Source: an uncultured Clostridium sp. (GTDB taxonomy: Bacteria > Bacillota > Clostridia > TANB77 > CAG-508). Taken from it: a DNA stretch of 25,916 nt. Under the pieces are notes generated by a model. It saw nothing but the letters and a program-made list of their open reading frames with translations, was not told where the DNA came from and made no database searches. Made by a program: the position numbers and the translations under genes. Where the stretch lies: the NCBI GenBank assembly GCA_900556345.1, contig USOM01000001.1:1-25916 (forward strand). Direction: 5' to 3'. Shown piece after piece: positions 1 to 8,960 of the stretch (within the stretch, counting starts at the first letter, position 1; every line of letters starts with the position of its first letter).

Positions 1-800
1 AAATTTACAGTGAAGTTCATAAAGAACCAAAAGATGCATCATTTGAGCCTGAAACACATACAATAACATCAGCTGAAAATGGAATAGATTTTAATGTTGA
101 AAACGCAAAAAAAATACTTGAAACATCAGATAATGAATGCACAATTCCTTTAACAGTATTAAAACCAAATGTTACAAATAATATGATTGGATCAGAAGCA
201 TTTCCAGATTTACTTGCATCTTATTCAACCAAATATGTTGCATCAAATAAAAATAGAACAACAAATCTTAAACTTGCAGCTGGAAAAATAGATGGAACTG
301 TATTATTACCAGGAGAAGTTTTCTCTTATAACAATGTAGTTGGAGAAAGAACAATTTCAGCAGGTTATAAAGATGCTGCAATATACTTAAATGGTCAAGT
401 GGTTGATGGTTTAGGTGGTGGAATTTGCCAAATATCTACAACTTTATTTAATGCTGTACTATTTTCTAACCTAGAAATTGTAGAACTCTATAATCATCAA
501 TTTGTTCCATCTTATGCAACTGCAGGGCGTGATGCAACTGTTGTTTATGGAGTTAAAGATTTTAAATTTAAAAACTCTAGAAATTATGCTATAAAAATTA
601 ATTGTTCTGTTGCAAATGGTGTTGCATCTTTCCAAATTTGGGGATTTAAACAAGAACCCGAATATGAAGTCAGTGTTTCTGCAAATGTAACAAGCCGTAC
701 TTCTTCTTATATTAAGTCTGCTACATATAGGACTTTGAAACTTAATGGAGAAGTTGTTAAAACTGAAAAAATTTCAAATTATACTTATAAAGTTCATTAA
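1..800 (+). CDS. VanW-family protein (5' truncated by window edge)
   Basis: The frame of ORF 183..800 stays open back to the window start (IYSEVHKEPKDASFEP...). VanW motifs NRTTNLKLAA, PGEVFSYN and GGGICQISTTLFNA, plus GRDATV. Confidence 0.85.
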   Translation, partial: IYSEVHKEPKDASFEPETHTITSAENGIDFNVENAKKILETSDNECTIPLTVLKPNVTNNMIGSEAFPDLLASYSTKYVASNKNRTTNLKLAAGKIDGTVLLPGEVFSYNNVVGERTISAGYKDAAIYLNGQVVDGLGGGICQISTTLFNAVLFSNLEIVELYNHQFVPSYATAGRDATVVYGVKDFKFKNSRNYAIKINCSVANGVASFQIWGFKQEPEYEVSVSANVTSRTSSYIKSATYRTLKLNGEVVKTEKISNYTYKVH

Positions 801-818
801 AAGCATATTTTAAAAAAT

Positions 819-847
819 TTGACATATAATAAAATATGTGCTATTAT
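819..847 (+). promoter_or_regulatory. sigma-A promoter for a putative small antisense RNA
   Basis: TTGACA (819-824), 17 bp spacer, TATTAT (842-847) preceded by TG (extended -10). No SD-led ORF lies between it and the hairpin at 890-927. Confidence 0.6.
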
Positions 848-852
848 AATTA

Positions 853-927
853 CAACAACGTTGAAAAAGGAAATCAATCAAGACAAAATAAAAAAGACTA
901 GGTAACGAGCATAACCTAGTCTTTTTT
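853..927 (+). ncRNA. putative type I antitoxin sRNA (~75 nt)
   Basis: Bounded by the promoter at 819-847 and the terminator at 890-927. Positions 868-888 (aggaaatcaatcaagacaaaa) are an 18/21 direct repeat of 991-1011, so the RNA is complementary to the start-codon region of the minus-strand peptide mRNA. Confidence 0.55.
890..927. terminator. bidirectional intrinsic terminator
   Basis: aaaaaagactaggt-aacgagcata-acctagtctttttt: a perfect inverted repeat giving a U-tract on either strand. Confidence 0.85.
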
Positions 928-932
928 GTGTG

Positions 933-1004
933 CTATTCTTCAAATAATATTTTTACAATTAAGTAAAGTATTACAAGTTTAAATAGCCTTAGGAAATCTT
1001 TCAA
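933..1004 (-). CDS. 23-aa hydrophobic peptide, putative type I toxin (MKDFLRLFKLVILYLIVKILFEE)
   Basis: Perfect SD AAGGAGG 7 nt upstream of a TTG start, one hydrophobic helix with charged ends, its own promoter, and a stop just before the terminator. Below the ORF-track size cutoff. Confidence 0.65.
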   Translation of the reverse strand: MKDFLRLFKLVILYLIVKILFEE

Positions 1005-1046
1005 AACAAAACCTCCTTCCTGCCTCTTAGCAAGTCGGCACCAACT

Positions 1047-1075
1047 ACTATAAAATATTTATATGATTTTGTCAA
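1047..1075 (-). promoter_or_regulatory. sigma-A promoter for the small peptide gene
   Basis: Minus strand TTGACA (1075-1070), 17 bp spacer, TATAGT (1052-1047). Confidence 0.65.
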
Positions 1076-1095
1076 TGATTTTCCATTAATTCCAA

Positions 1096-1124
1096 TTGAC
1101 AAAATGTCGAAAATTGTATAGAAT
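1096..1124 (+). promoter_or_regulatory. sigma-A promoter for the activase gene
   Basis: TTGACA (1096-1101), 17 bp spacer, TAGAAT (1119-1124), followed by SD AAGGAG. Confidence 0.65.
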
Positions 1125-1150
1125 TAAAAGGATTTAAAGGAGTGATAAAT

Positions 1151-4100
1151 ATGGCACAAAACATATTACACGTAGGACTAGATGTAGGCTCTACAACAGT
1201 AAAAATCGTAGTAATGAACGAAAATAAAGAAACTATATATAAAGATTATAGGAGACATTTTTCAGATACAAAAAATACGGTATGTGATGTACTTAACGAA
1301 TTAAATGAAAAATATCCAAATAGTAAATTTACACTTGCCTTAACAGGTTCTGGTGCAATGTCTGCAGCAAAATTTTTAGGTGTAAGTTTTATACAAGAAG
1401 TTGTATCTTGTAAAAGAGCAGTAGAAAAATATATCCCTCAAACAGATGTAGTTATAGAACTTGGTGGAGAAGATGCAAAAATAATTTATTTTGATAAATC
1501 AATTGAACAAAGAATGAATGGTACATGTGCTGGTGGAACTGGCGCTTTTATTGACCAAATGGCATCTCTACTTCATACAGATACTGCAGGATTAAATGAA
1601 CTTGCAAAAAATCATAAAACAATTTATCCAATTGCATCAAGATGTGGTGTTTTTGCAAAAACAGATGTACAACCTTTAATAAATGAAGGAGCCGCAAAAG
1701 AAGATATTTCGGCGTCAATTTTCCAAGCAGTTGTTAATCAAACAATTTCGGGTCTTGCTTGTGGTAGACCAATTAGAGGAAAAGTTGCATTTTTAGGTGG
1801 ACCTCTTACATATCTTTCAGAATTAAGAAATAGATTTATAGAAACTTTGAAATTAAAAGATGACGAGATAATAATACCTAAAGAAGCTCATCTTCTAGTA
1901 GCTACAGGTGCAGCTCTTGATTCCCTAGATGAAGAACCTTTTTCTAATGAGGAATTAGCAACTAAAATTGAAAATTTAAAAATATCTAAAGATACTACAA
2001 CAAGCCCAATTGAGCCATTATTTAAAGATTACAATGAATATGAGGAATTTAGAAAAAGACATTCTAAAGCTTCTGTTCAAAAAGCTAAACTTCAAGATTA
2101 CAAGGGAGATTGTTTTATAGGAATTGATGCTGGTTCAACAACAACCAAAATTGTTTTAATAGATAACAAAGGAAAATTACTTTATTCATTATACGGAAAC
2201 AATGAAGGAAATCCTTTACAAAGCGTTATAAAGATGTTAGATAGTTTATATGAGGTCCTTCCTAAAACAGCCAAACTTAGATTTAGTGGTGTTACAGGAT
2301 ATGGAGAAAAACTAATTCAAACAGCTTTAAATGTTGACATTGGCGAAATTGAAACAATAGCACATTTTACAGCTGCTAAACAATTTGAACCAGATGTTAC
2401 AAGTATAGTAGACATCGGCGGTCAAGATATGAAATATATACGTCTTAAAAATGGTGCAATAGATAGCATAATGCTTAATGAAGCTTGTTCATCAGGATGT
2501 GGTTCATTTATAGAAACTTTTGCCAAAAGCTTAAATCTAGAAATTTCAGAATTTGTAAAACAAGCAATCGAAGCTAAAAGACCAGTAGACTTAGGCTCTA
2601 GATGTACCGTATTTATGAACTCTAAGATAAAGCAAGCACAAAAAGAAGGATATTCTGTTGGAGATATTTCAAGTGGTCTTTCATATTCTGTAATTAAAAA
2701 TGCTTTGCAAAAAGTTATGAAAATAAGAGATTTTAATACCTTAGGAGACAAAATAGTAGTACAAGGTGGAACATTTTATAATGATGCCGTTCTTCGTGCA
2801 TTTGAGAAAATTGTTGGTAAAAATGTTATAAGACCAGATATAGCAGGCCTTATGGGTGCTTATGGAATGGCCTTAATTGCCAAAGAGCAATATGAAACAA
2901 ACCTTGATATGGAATATTATTCTACTATATTAAAACAAGATGAATTAGATAAATTAGACATAAAAATAAATCATACAAGATGTAATGGATGTGAGAACCA
3001 CTGTAAACTTACAGTAAATATATTTAGTAATGGAAAGCGCTACATCTCAGGAAACCGTTGTGAAAAAGGTGCTGGAAAAACAGAAAATCATAAAAATTTA
3101 CCAAACTTAGTTAAATACAAATATGAAAGAATATTTGATTATAAACCAATAGAAGAACAATATGCAACTCGTGGAACTATTGGTATCCCTAGGGTTTTAA
3201 ATATGTATGAAGATTATCCCTTCTGGTTTACATTTTTGACTAACTTAGGATTTAGGGTAATTATATCAGATAAAAGTACTCGTAAAACTTATGAGGATGG
3301 GATGGAATCTATGCCATCAGAATCAGTATGTTATCCTGCGAAATTATCACATGGTCATATTGAAAATTTATTGCAAAAAGGAATTAAAACAATATTTTAT
3401 CCTTGTATGCCATTTTCAAGAAAAGAATATGAAAAGGCTGATAATAAATACAACTGCCCTATTGTAATTTCATATTCAGAGGTTTTAAAAAATAATGTTG
3501 AAGGATTAAACAATCCTGAAATAAAATTCATTAATCCATTTTTACCATTTGATACACCAAATTTAGTAAAGAAAATTTTAGAATTAGATGAATTTAAGGA
3601 ATATAAATTTACAAAACAAGAATTGATAGACTCTGCTGAAAAAGCACAAGCAGAATATCATAAATGTAAAAAAGATATTCAAGATAAAGGTATTGAAACC
3701 GTACGTTACCTAGAAGAAAATAACTTAAAAGGAATTGTTTTAGCTGGTAGACCTTATCATATAGACCCAGAAATAAACCACGGAATTGATACATTAATTA
3801 CATCTCTTGGACTTGCAGTTTTAACAGAGGACAGTATTTCAAATCAAACTCAGGCTACAAGACCAATAAGAGTTGTAGACCAATGGATGTTCCATTCAAG
3901 ATTATATGCAGCAGCAGACTTTGTTGGAAAACATGATAACTTAGAGCTCGTACAATTAAATTCCTTTGGATGCGGAGTTGATGCAGTAACTACTGACCAA
4001 GTTGAAGAAATTTTAAGAAGTTTTGGAAAAATGTACACATTAATAAAAATTGATGAAGTAAACAATTTAGGAGCCGTAAAAATACGTATCCGTTCGCTTC

Positions 4101-5401
4101 TTGCAAGTATGAATAAACGTGCAAAAGAAAAATTAGAAGGAAATTATGCAATTAATAAAAAAGTATTTACAAAAGACATGAGAAAAGATTACACCATACT
4201 AATTCCAATGATGATACCAATTCATTTTGAATTATTAGAACCTGCAGTAAATTCTTGTGGATATAACATGGTTCTTTTAAGAGAATGTACTCAGCATACA
4301 GTTGAAACTGGTTTAAAATATGTAAATAATGATGCATGTTACCCATCAATATTAGTTACTGGCCAAATGATAGAAGCATTAGAATCTGGAAAATATGATG
4401 TAAATAAAACAGCACTTATAATGTCACAAACAGGTGGAGGTTGTCGTGCTACAAACTATATAGGATTTATCCGCAAAGCCCTACGCGATGCAGGATTTGA
4501 GCAAGTCCCTGTAATATCATTAAATGTTGTTGGTATGGAAAAAATGCCTGGATTTAAGCTTACTCCAAAGATGATGGACAAAATGATTAAAGCCATACTT
4601 TTAGGAGATTTATTACAAAAAATGCTTCACAAAAATAGAGCTTATGAAATAAATAAAGGCGACACTGATAAAGTATTTGATAAATGGATGGAAAAATCTA
4701 AAAAACTTGTTACAAAATGTACAAATTCGGAATTTAAACAAGCAATTTATGATATGGTAGATGATTTTGAAAAAATTGAAGTTGATATGACAAATGTTAA
4801 GCCTAAAGTTGGAATTGTTGGAGAAGTATTAATAAAATACCATCCTTTTGGAAATAACTATGTTGCAGACCTACTTGAAAAAGAAGGTGCAGAAGTTGTT
4901 TTGCCAGATTTTATGGGATTTGTTAAATTTATGGCAACACATAAAATCACATTTAATCAATTATTAAATAGCAATAAAATATCTGCAACTGTAAGCAAAA
5001 TCGCTTTAAAATTAATTAATCTTATGGAAAAAGATACAAAAATGGCTTTAGAAAAATCAAATAAAAATTATTTACCAACTTGTGATATTTACCACTTAGA
5101 AGACAAAGTTAAGGATATTTTATCTATTGGAAATCAAACAGGCGAAGGATGGTTCTTAACTGCTGAAATGGTAGAATATATTGAAAACGATATACCAAAT
5201 ATTGTTTGTGTTCAACCTTTTGCTTGCCTTCCAAATCACGTTGTTGGAAAAGGTGTTATTAAAACTATTAGAAGTAAATACCCTATGGCAAATATAACTC
5301 CTGTTGATTATGACCCAGGTGCAAGTGAAACGAACCAAGCTAATAGAATTAAGCTTATGATGGCTGTAGCTAAGGATAATTTAAAAAATTCTAAAAATTA
5401 A
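1151..5401 (+). CDS. 2-hydroxyacyl-CoA dehydratase activase-related multidomain protein (two BadF/BadG/BcrA/BcrD ATPase domains plus C-terminal dehydratase-like region)
   Basis: Two ASKHA ATPase repeats (GLDVGSTTVK...MNGTCAGGTG...SRCGVF and GIDAGSTTTK...LNEACSSGCG...SRCTVF) with Fe-S cysteines, and C-terminal CYP/SFGCG/QPFACLPNH motifs. ATG at 1151 is preferred over GTG at 1142 because SD AAGGAG lies at 1137-1142. Confidence 0.9.
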   Translation: MAQNILHVGLDVGSTTVKIVVMNENKETIYKDYRRHFSDTKNTVCDVLNELNEKYPNSKFTLALTGSGAMSAAKFLGVSFIQEVVSCKRAVEKYIPQTDVVIELGGEDAKIIYFDKSIEQRMNGTCAGGTGAFIDQMASLLHTDTAGLNELAKNHKTIYPIASRCGVFAKTDVQPLINEGAAKEDISASIFQAVVNQTISGLACGRPIRGKVAFLGGPLTYLSELRNRFIETLKLKDDEIIIPKEAHLLVATGAALDSLDEEPFSNEELATKIENLKISKDTTTSPIEPLFKDYNEYEEFRKRHSKASVQKAKLQDYKGDCFIGIDAGSTTTKIVLIDNKGKLLYSLYGNNEGNPLQSVIKMLDSLYEVLPKTAKLRFSGVTGYGEKLIQTALNVDIGEIETIAHFTAAKQFEPDVTSIVDIGGQDMKYIRLKNGAIDSIMLNEACSSGCGSFIETFAKSLNLEISEFVKQAIEAKRPVDLGSRCTVFMNSKIKQAQKEGYSVGDISSGLSYSVIKNALQKVMKIRDFNTLGDKIVVQGGTFYNDAVLRAFEKIVGKNVIRPDIAGLMGAYGMALIAKEQYETNLDMEYYSTILKQDELDKLDIKINHTRCNGCENHCKLTVNIFSNGKRYISGNRCEKGAGKTENHKNLPNLVKYKYERIFDYKPIEEQYATRGTIGIPRVLNMYEDYPFWFTFLTNLGFRVIISDKSTRKTYEDGMESMPSESVCYPAKLSHGHIENLLQKGIKTIFYPCMPFSRKEYEKADNKYNCPIVISYSEVLKNNVEGLNNPEIKFINPFLPFDTPNLVKKILELDEFKEYKFTKQELIDSAEKAQAEYHKCKKDIQDKGIETVRYLEENNLKGIVLAGRPYHIDPEINHGIDTLITSLGLAVLTEDSISNQTQATRPIRVVDQWMFHSRLYAAADFVGKHDNLELVQLNSFGCGVDAVTTDQVEEILRSFGKMYTLIKIDEVNNLGAVKIRIRSLLASMNKRAKEKLEGNYAINKKVFTKDMRKDYTILIPMMIPIHFELLEPAVNSCGYNMVLLRECTQHTVETGLKYVNNDACYPSILVTGQMIEALESGKYDVNKTALIMSQTGGGCRATNYIGFIRKALRDAGFEQVPVISLNVVGMEKMPGFKLTPKMMDKMIKAILLGDLLQKMLHKNRAYEINKGDTDKVFDKWMEKSKKLVTKCTNSEFKQAIYDMVDDFEKIEVDMTNVKPKVGIVGEVLIKYHPFGNNYVADLLEKEGAEVVLPDFMGFVKFMATHKITFNQLLNSNKISATVSKIALKLINLMEKDTKMALEKSNKNYLPTCDIYHLEDKVKDILSIGNQTGEGWFLTAEMVEYIENDIPNIVCVQPFACLPNHVVGKGVIKTIRSKYPMANITPVDYDPGASETNQANRIKLMMAVAKDNLKNSKN

Positions 5402-5405
5402 CATT

Positions 5406-5442
5406 ATAAAGGTTTTCAAGTTAATTGCTAGAAAACCTTTAT
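5406..5442 (+). terminator. stem-loop between the activase and J-domain genes
   Basis: ataaaggttttc...gaaaacctttat 12-bp inverted repeat; the U-tract is weak. Confidence 0.5.
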
Positions 5443-5465
5443 GCCGTATATAAAAGGAGAAATTG

Positions 5466-6206
5466 ATGAAAAATTATTATGAATTATTAGAAGTTTCTGA
5501 AAAGGCTTCACCAGAAGTTATTAAAAAGGCTTATATTACTTTGGTTAAAAAATATCATCCAGATTTACAACCAGATGATGAGAAAAAATCTGCCGAAGAT
5601 AAAATTAAGGAAATTAATGAGGCTTATGAGGTTTTGTCTGATAAAGCGAAAAAAGAGAGTTATGATAGAAAACTTCAAATGCAAAGAGTTAAAGAAGAAC
5701 ATTATAATACTTCTTCAAATAGTCAAAATACTTCAAATAATACATATAAAAATACAAATAGAACTCCAAACTCAAATAATAAAAAAAATAATTATTCAAA
5801 ACCTCACCCACAAAAAAGAGTTATTCATAAACCTACTATGAATGAAAATTTTGATGATTTTAGCGATTTTAATAATTTTCAAAATGATTATAACAACATT
5901 ATGAACGAAGTCTATAATAATGCCTATAATGAAGCTTACAATAACGCTTATAATCAAGCTTATATTAATAATTTAAAAAATATGGGATATGAAATTCGAT
6001 ATGAAAGACCTTTTAAAGAAAAACTAAAAATTGCATTTGCTTCATTTTGTGGAATTTTACTTGTTATTTTTATTGGTTTTATTTTATGGCATATACCTTT
6101 TATAAAAAATTATTTTATTAATTTGTATAATGATAATGTTATCTTTAAAATTATAGTTGATTTAATATCTAATATTATAGAAAGTTTTTTAGCTTTGTTC
6201 AAATAA
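5466..6206 (+). CDS. J-domain (DnaJ-like, class C) protein with C-terminal membrane anchor
   Basis: N-terminal NYYELLEV...KKYHPD...[11 protein letters not shown]-domain, Asn-rich linker and C-terminal hydrophobic helix. No G/F region or zinc finger. SD AAGGAG upstream. Confidence 0.85.
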   Translation: MKNYYELLEVSEKASPEVIKKAYITLVKKYHPDLQPDDEKKSAEDKIKEINEAYEVLSDKAKKESYDRKLQMQRVKEEHYNTSSNSQNTSNNTYKNTNRTPNSNNKKNNYSKPHPQKRVIHKPTMNENFDDFSDFNNFQNDYNNIMNEVYNNAYNEAYNNAYNQAYINNLKNMGYEIRYERPFKEKLKIAFASFCGILLVIFIGFILWHIPFIKNYFINLYNDNVIFKIIVDLISNIIESFLALFK

Positions 6207-6251
6207 AAAAAATCAGAGGAGTTCGAAAAAACGAAACTCCTCTGATTTTTT
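6207..6251. terminator. bidirectional intrinsic terminator
   Basis: aaaaaatcagaggagtt...aactcctctgatttttt inverted repeat between convergent genes. Confidence 0.9.
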
Positions 6252-6426
6252 ACCACTGAACAATTGCAGTGACAGCTGCAACTACAACGATAAACCAGTA
6301 CGACCGCTGTAACCAGACACAATGTTCTGGGGCAAAGAACCACTTTGCAAGTTTACCAAAGCTAATCAGTGTTACAACCACAAAAATTGCAAGCATCTCT
6401 AATAATAATGTTAATCCTGTATTCAT
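6250..6426 (-). CDS. 58-aa small membrane protein with two hydrophobic segments (MNTGLTLLLEMLAIFVVVTLISFGKLAKWFFAPEHCVWLQRSYWFIVVVAAVTAIVQW)
   Basis: Translated by hand. SD AGGAGG 8 nt before ATG, own promoter, stop abutting the terminator. Not in the ORF track (<60 aa). Confidence 0.7.
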   Translation of the reverse strand: MNTGLTLLLEMLAIFVVVTLISFGKLAKWFFAPEHCVWLQRSYWFIVVVAAVTAIVQW

Positions 6427-6467
6427 TGTATATTCCTCCTGTTTTTCTTATTAGAAAATATATTTAT

Positions 6468-6496
6468 ATTATACCACATTTATCTTTAATTTACAA
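6468..6496 (-). promoter_or_regulatory. sigma-A promoter for the 58-aa gene
   Basis: Minus strand TTGTAA (6496-6491), 17 bp spacer, TG-n-TATAAT (6473-6468). Confidence 0.65.
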
Positions 6497-6502
6497 TTTT
6501 CA

Positions 6503-7159
6503 CTAAAAAACATTACTACCTTTGTCTTCAATAGCTTCAAATTGATTGTCCTCATCATAAATACTGTTTATATTCATTGCTGTTCCATCATAAGAAAATG
6601 TTTTATTATTATTATCAATATTTATAATCATATAACTATCCGTAATCGCAGATGAGCCATCATCAAATCTTAAGCTAATTATATATTTAACAACACCATT
6701 TTTTTCACCATATTTATATATTTTTTCTAGTGAATAATAATTAACGTTATCTACATTAAAAACAAATGATAAAATATTCTCTTTAGTTATTGCTCTTCTA
6801 GGCCTTATTAGGTTATCTATAAACTTTGTTGAACACATATTTAATAAATTTTGTTTTTGCTCATCATCATTATTTTTTTTTGCTATATAAATTGTATTTA
6901 TTATTTTTTCACCTATTTTTTTTACAATTCCATACTCACTGCTAGAAGTATCAATTTCCTTTAAATCATCTTCTTTATATTGTACATCATCAAAAATAGA
7001 TGTATTTTGAACTATATAATTATTATTTTTAGCTTGTTGTTCATTTTTAAAAAAATTATTCATTCCCTTTATTAGAAAATATATTCCAATAACAATAATA
7101 ACAAATGTTAATATTTTAAAATCATTTTTATTAAGCCATAGTCTAATTCTATTCCACAT
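6503..7159 (-). CDS. single-TM hypothetical protein, possible VirB8/TcpC-like
   Basis: N-terminal TM. C-terminal segment YSLEKIY...KYIISLRF...IINIDNNNKTFS resembles FRIDKIY...LYVVKLRY...VEKDTSSNTFS of the 464-aa protein. The fold call is inference. Confidence 0.5.
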   Translation of the reverse strand: MWNRIRLWLNKNDFKILTFVIIVIGIYFLIKGMNNFFKNEQQAKNNNYIVQNTSIFDDVQYKEDDLKEIDTSSSEYGIVKKIGEKIINTIYIAKKNNDDEQKQNLLNMCSTKFIDNLIRPRRAITKENILSFVFNVDNVNYYSLEKIYKYGEKNGVVKYIISLRFDDGSSAITDSYMIINIDNNNKTFSYDGTAMNINSIYDEDNQFEAIEDKGSNVF

Positions 7160-7176
7160 ACTATCTAACTCCCAAA

Positions 7177-8943
7177 TTAAGATTTACTAACTGCGTTTTT
7201 CCTTTTTTTGCCTGTAAAATCTCTAAACAAAACAATTACAGATCTAATAAATAAAGCACTGATTCCTATTATTATAAGTACAATAAGAGCTGGAACATCA
7301 GCCATCAAATATACATTACTTTGTATTAAAATATAATATACGAATGCTATAACAGGCCTTAATAAAACCAAATATAAATATAATTTTATCCAGTTTCCTA
7401 TAAAACTTTTTCCTCCACCTATTTTTATAAATGCATTTATTAATATTAATATTGGTGTAATAACGCTTATACCTGCAATTAAAAGTGTTCTACTTATAAA
7501 TATACAATACAATACAGATTTAAAAAATGTTACTACCATTCCAGCTATCATATTTATTCCTGCTTTTAATGGGTGTTCTTTTGAATTATATTGAGATTGA
7601 AACATTAATAACCCTTCTAAATTTGTATCAAAATAATAATCTACTGTTTTCGTTTGTATTCCTGAGCTTCCATTACTGTCTCCTACCGCTCCATCAGCTA
7701 AATCCTCTTTTCCTGGTAACCAACCCCAACAACTAAAATCCCAACTTTGTTTCCATTCATCTATTGTACAAATCACAACTCCTGTACTTCCTCGACCTGT
7801 ACAACTTGCTATTTGTCCATCACCTATATAAATACCAACATGTCCCGCATCTTGTCCGCAAGCACTATCTACAGTTCCACTTGAACTTCTAAAAGAAAAT
7901 ACAGCTGCCCCTGGTACAATATTATCAGTTGAAGTTGAAGAATTAACAGCTTTTTGACCTGCCTCATGTGCACAATTTTGATATGGAATTTCTGGTCTAT
8001 TTAAAGCTGTTCTGTAAACTAGTTCAACCCACATTTCGCAATATCCCCCACTAGCACCTAAATTGTCTAAGCTCTTAGCCTGATCTACAACCTTTTGTCT
8101 AAGTGTTGCTGCATCACCTGAAGAAGTAGTTGTTGTACTTGTCGTTGTTGAACCAGAACTACCTGAACCACCTAATATAGGAGCATTTACTGCAAATTTT
8201 GAATTTTTAACATAAACAGTTATACTTTCGTTTTCAACTTTTTTATTTTCCATTGCATTTACAATATTATCGGAAAAAGCAACAATTAAATTCATTACAA
8301 ATACTGCCAATGCTAATGATATAACGGATATCACCCATTGCTCAACTAGTCTTTTGGATTTCATATATTGATTAGGATTTTTTTCACCTTTTTTCCCATT
8401 AATTATACTAGAAAAAGGTAAAATATTTAAACTAGGAGAAATTCCTGACGTTACTGTTACAACAGCCATATAGATAAGTACTGTAATCATTGCTCCACAT
8501 GCAATGTATAAAAAAACTTTGTATGTATTTCTTACAAAACTCCTAATTGCTTTAGCTTTTTCAGCTGTTTTGTCTTCTTGAGTAGTATCATTTGATGATG
8601 AATTCTTATTTTTTTTCGATTTTTTGCTTTTTTTAGAACTGCTTTTACTATTAGTTTTATCATTTCCAAAAAAATCTATACTGAATATTCCAGAATTATC
8701 ATACAGAACATCTTCAATAGTTGTTTTTATACCCGCTGGTAGTTTTTCATCTGTAATTAAATCTTGAGCATCTATTAAAACATCATAACTATCTGGTTCT
8801 CCATCTTCTTCAACTGTTTTAAAATTTACATTTTTCTTTATTTCTTCTATTGAATCTGCATATACACTATTATCAAATACCTGACATATAATGTAAAATA
8901 GGCATATACAAATTATACAAAATTTTTTTAGTATTTTTTTCAA
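7177..8943 (-). CDS. VirB6-like polytopic membrane protein (paralog E) with inserted CHAP/NlpC-type amidase domain
   Basis: Signal peptide and shared scaffold motifs (IDFF, LYIA, YYFDT..G, SRTLL...ITP, NWIKLY). The insert has GYCEMWV, PGAAVF, GHVGIYIG and WGW. Confidence 0.65.
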   Translation of the reverse strand: MKKILKKFCIICICLFYIICQVFDNSVYADSIEEIKKNVNFKTVEEDGEPDSYDVLIDAQDLITDEKLPAGIKTTIEDVLYDNSGIFSIDFFGNDKTNSKSSSKKSKKSKKNKNSSSNDTTQEDKTAEKAKAIRSFVRNTYKVFLYIACGAMITVLIYMAVVTVTSGISPSLNILPFSSIINGKKGEKNPNQYMKSKRLVEQWVISVISLALAVFVMNLIVAFSDNIVNAMENKKVENESITVYVKNSKFAVNAPILGGSGSSGSTTTSTTTTSSGDAATLRQKVVDQAKSLDNLGASGGYCEMWVELVYRTALNRPEIPYQNCAHEAGQKAVNSSTSTDNIVPGAAVFSFRSSSGTVDSACGQDAGHVGIYIGDGQIASCTGRGSTGVVICTIDEWKQSWDFSCWGWLPGKEDLADGAVGDSNGSSGIQTKTVDYYFDTNLEGLLMFQSQYNSKEHPLKAGINMIAGMVVTFFKSVLYCIFISRTLLIAGISVITPILILINAFIKIGGGKSFIGNWIKLYLYLVLLRPVIAFVYYILIQSNVYLMADVPALIVLIIIGISALFIRSVIVLFRDFTGKKRKNAVSKS

Positions 8944-8960
8944 TTAATATATGCCTCCTT

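Noticed and set aside
1..800. Vancomycin resistance cluster (VanW plus M15 peptidase)
   Set aside because: No ligase, VanH or VanRS genes. VanW-like proteins are widespread in Clostridia, and the M15 gene lies in the T4SS-like operon.
1066..1105. 11-bp inverted repeat attttgtcaat/attgacaaaat as an operator or IS end
   Set aside because: Explained largely by two back-to-back TTGACA -35 boxes; no transposase nearby.
1250..1255. AGG-A as a similar shift signal
   Set aside because: In-frame AGG AGA in the activase gene and AGG ACT in the VanW gene continue normally in frame 0.
6110..6454. ORF-track calls 6110..6343 (-) and 6269..6454 (+)
   Set aside because: They lack SDs and either cross the terminator or lie antisense. 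The 6250..6426 (-) frame has promoter, SD and terminator support.
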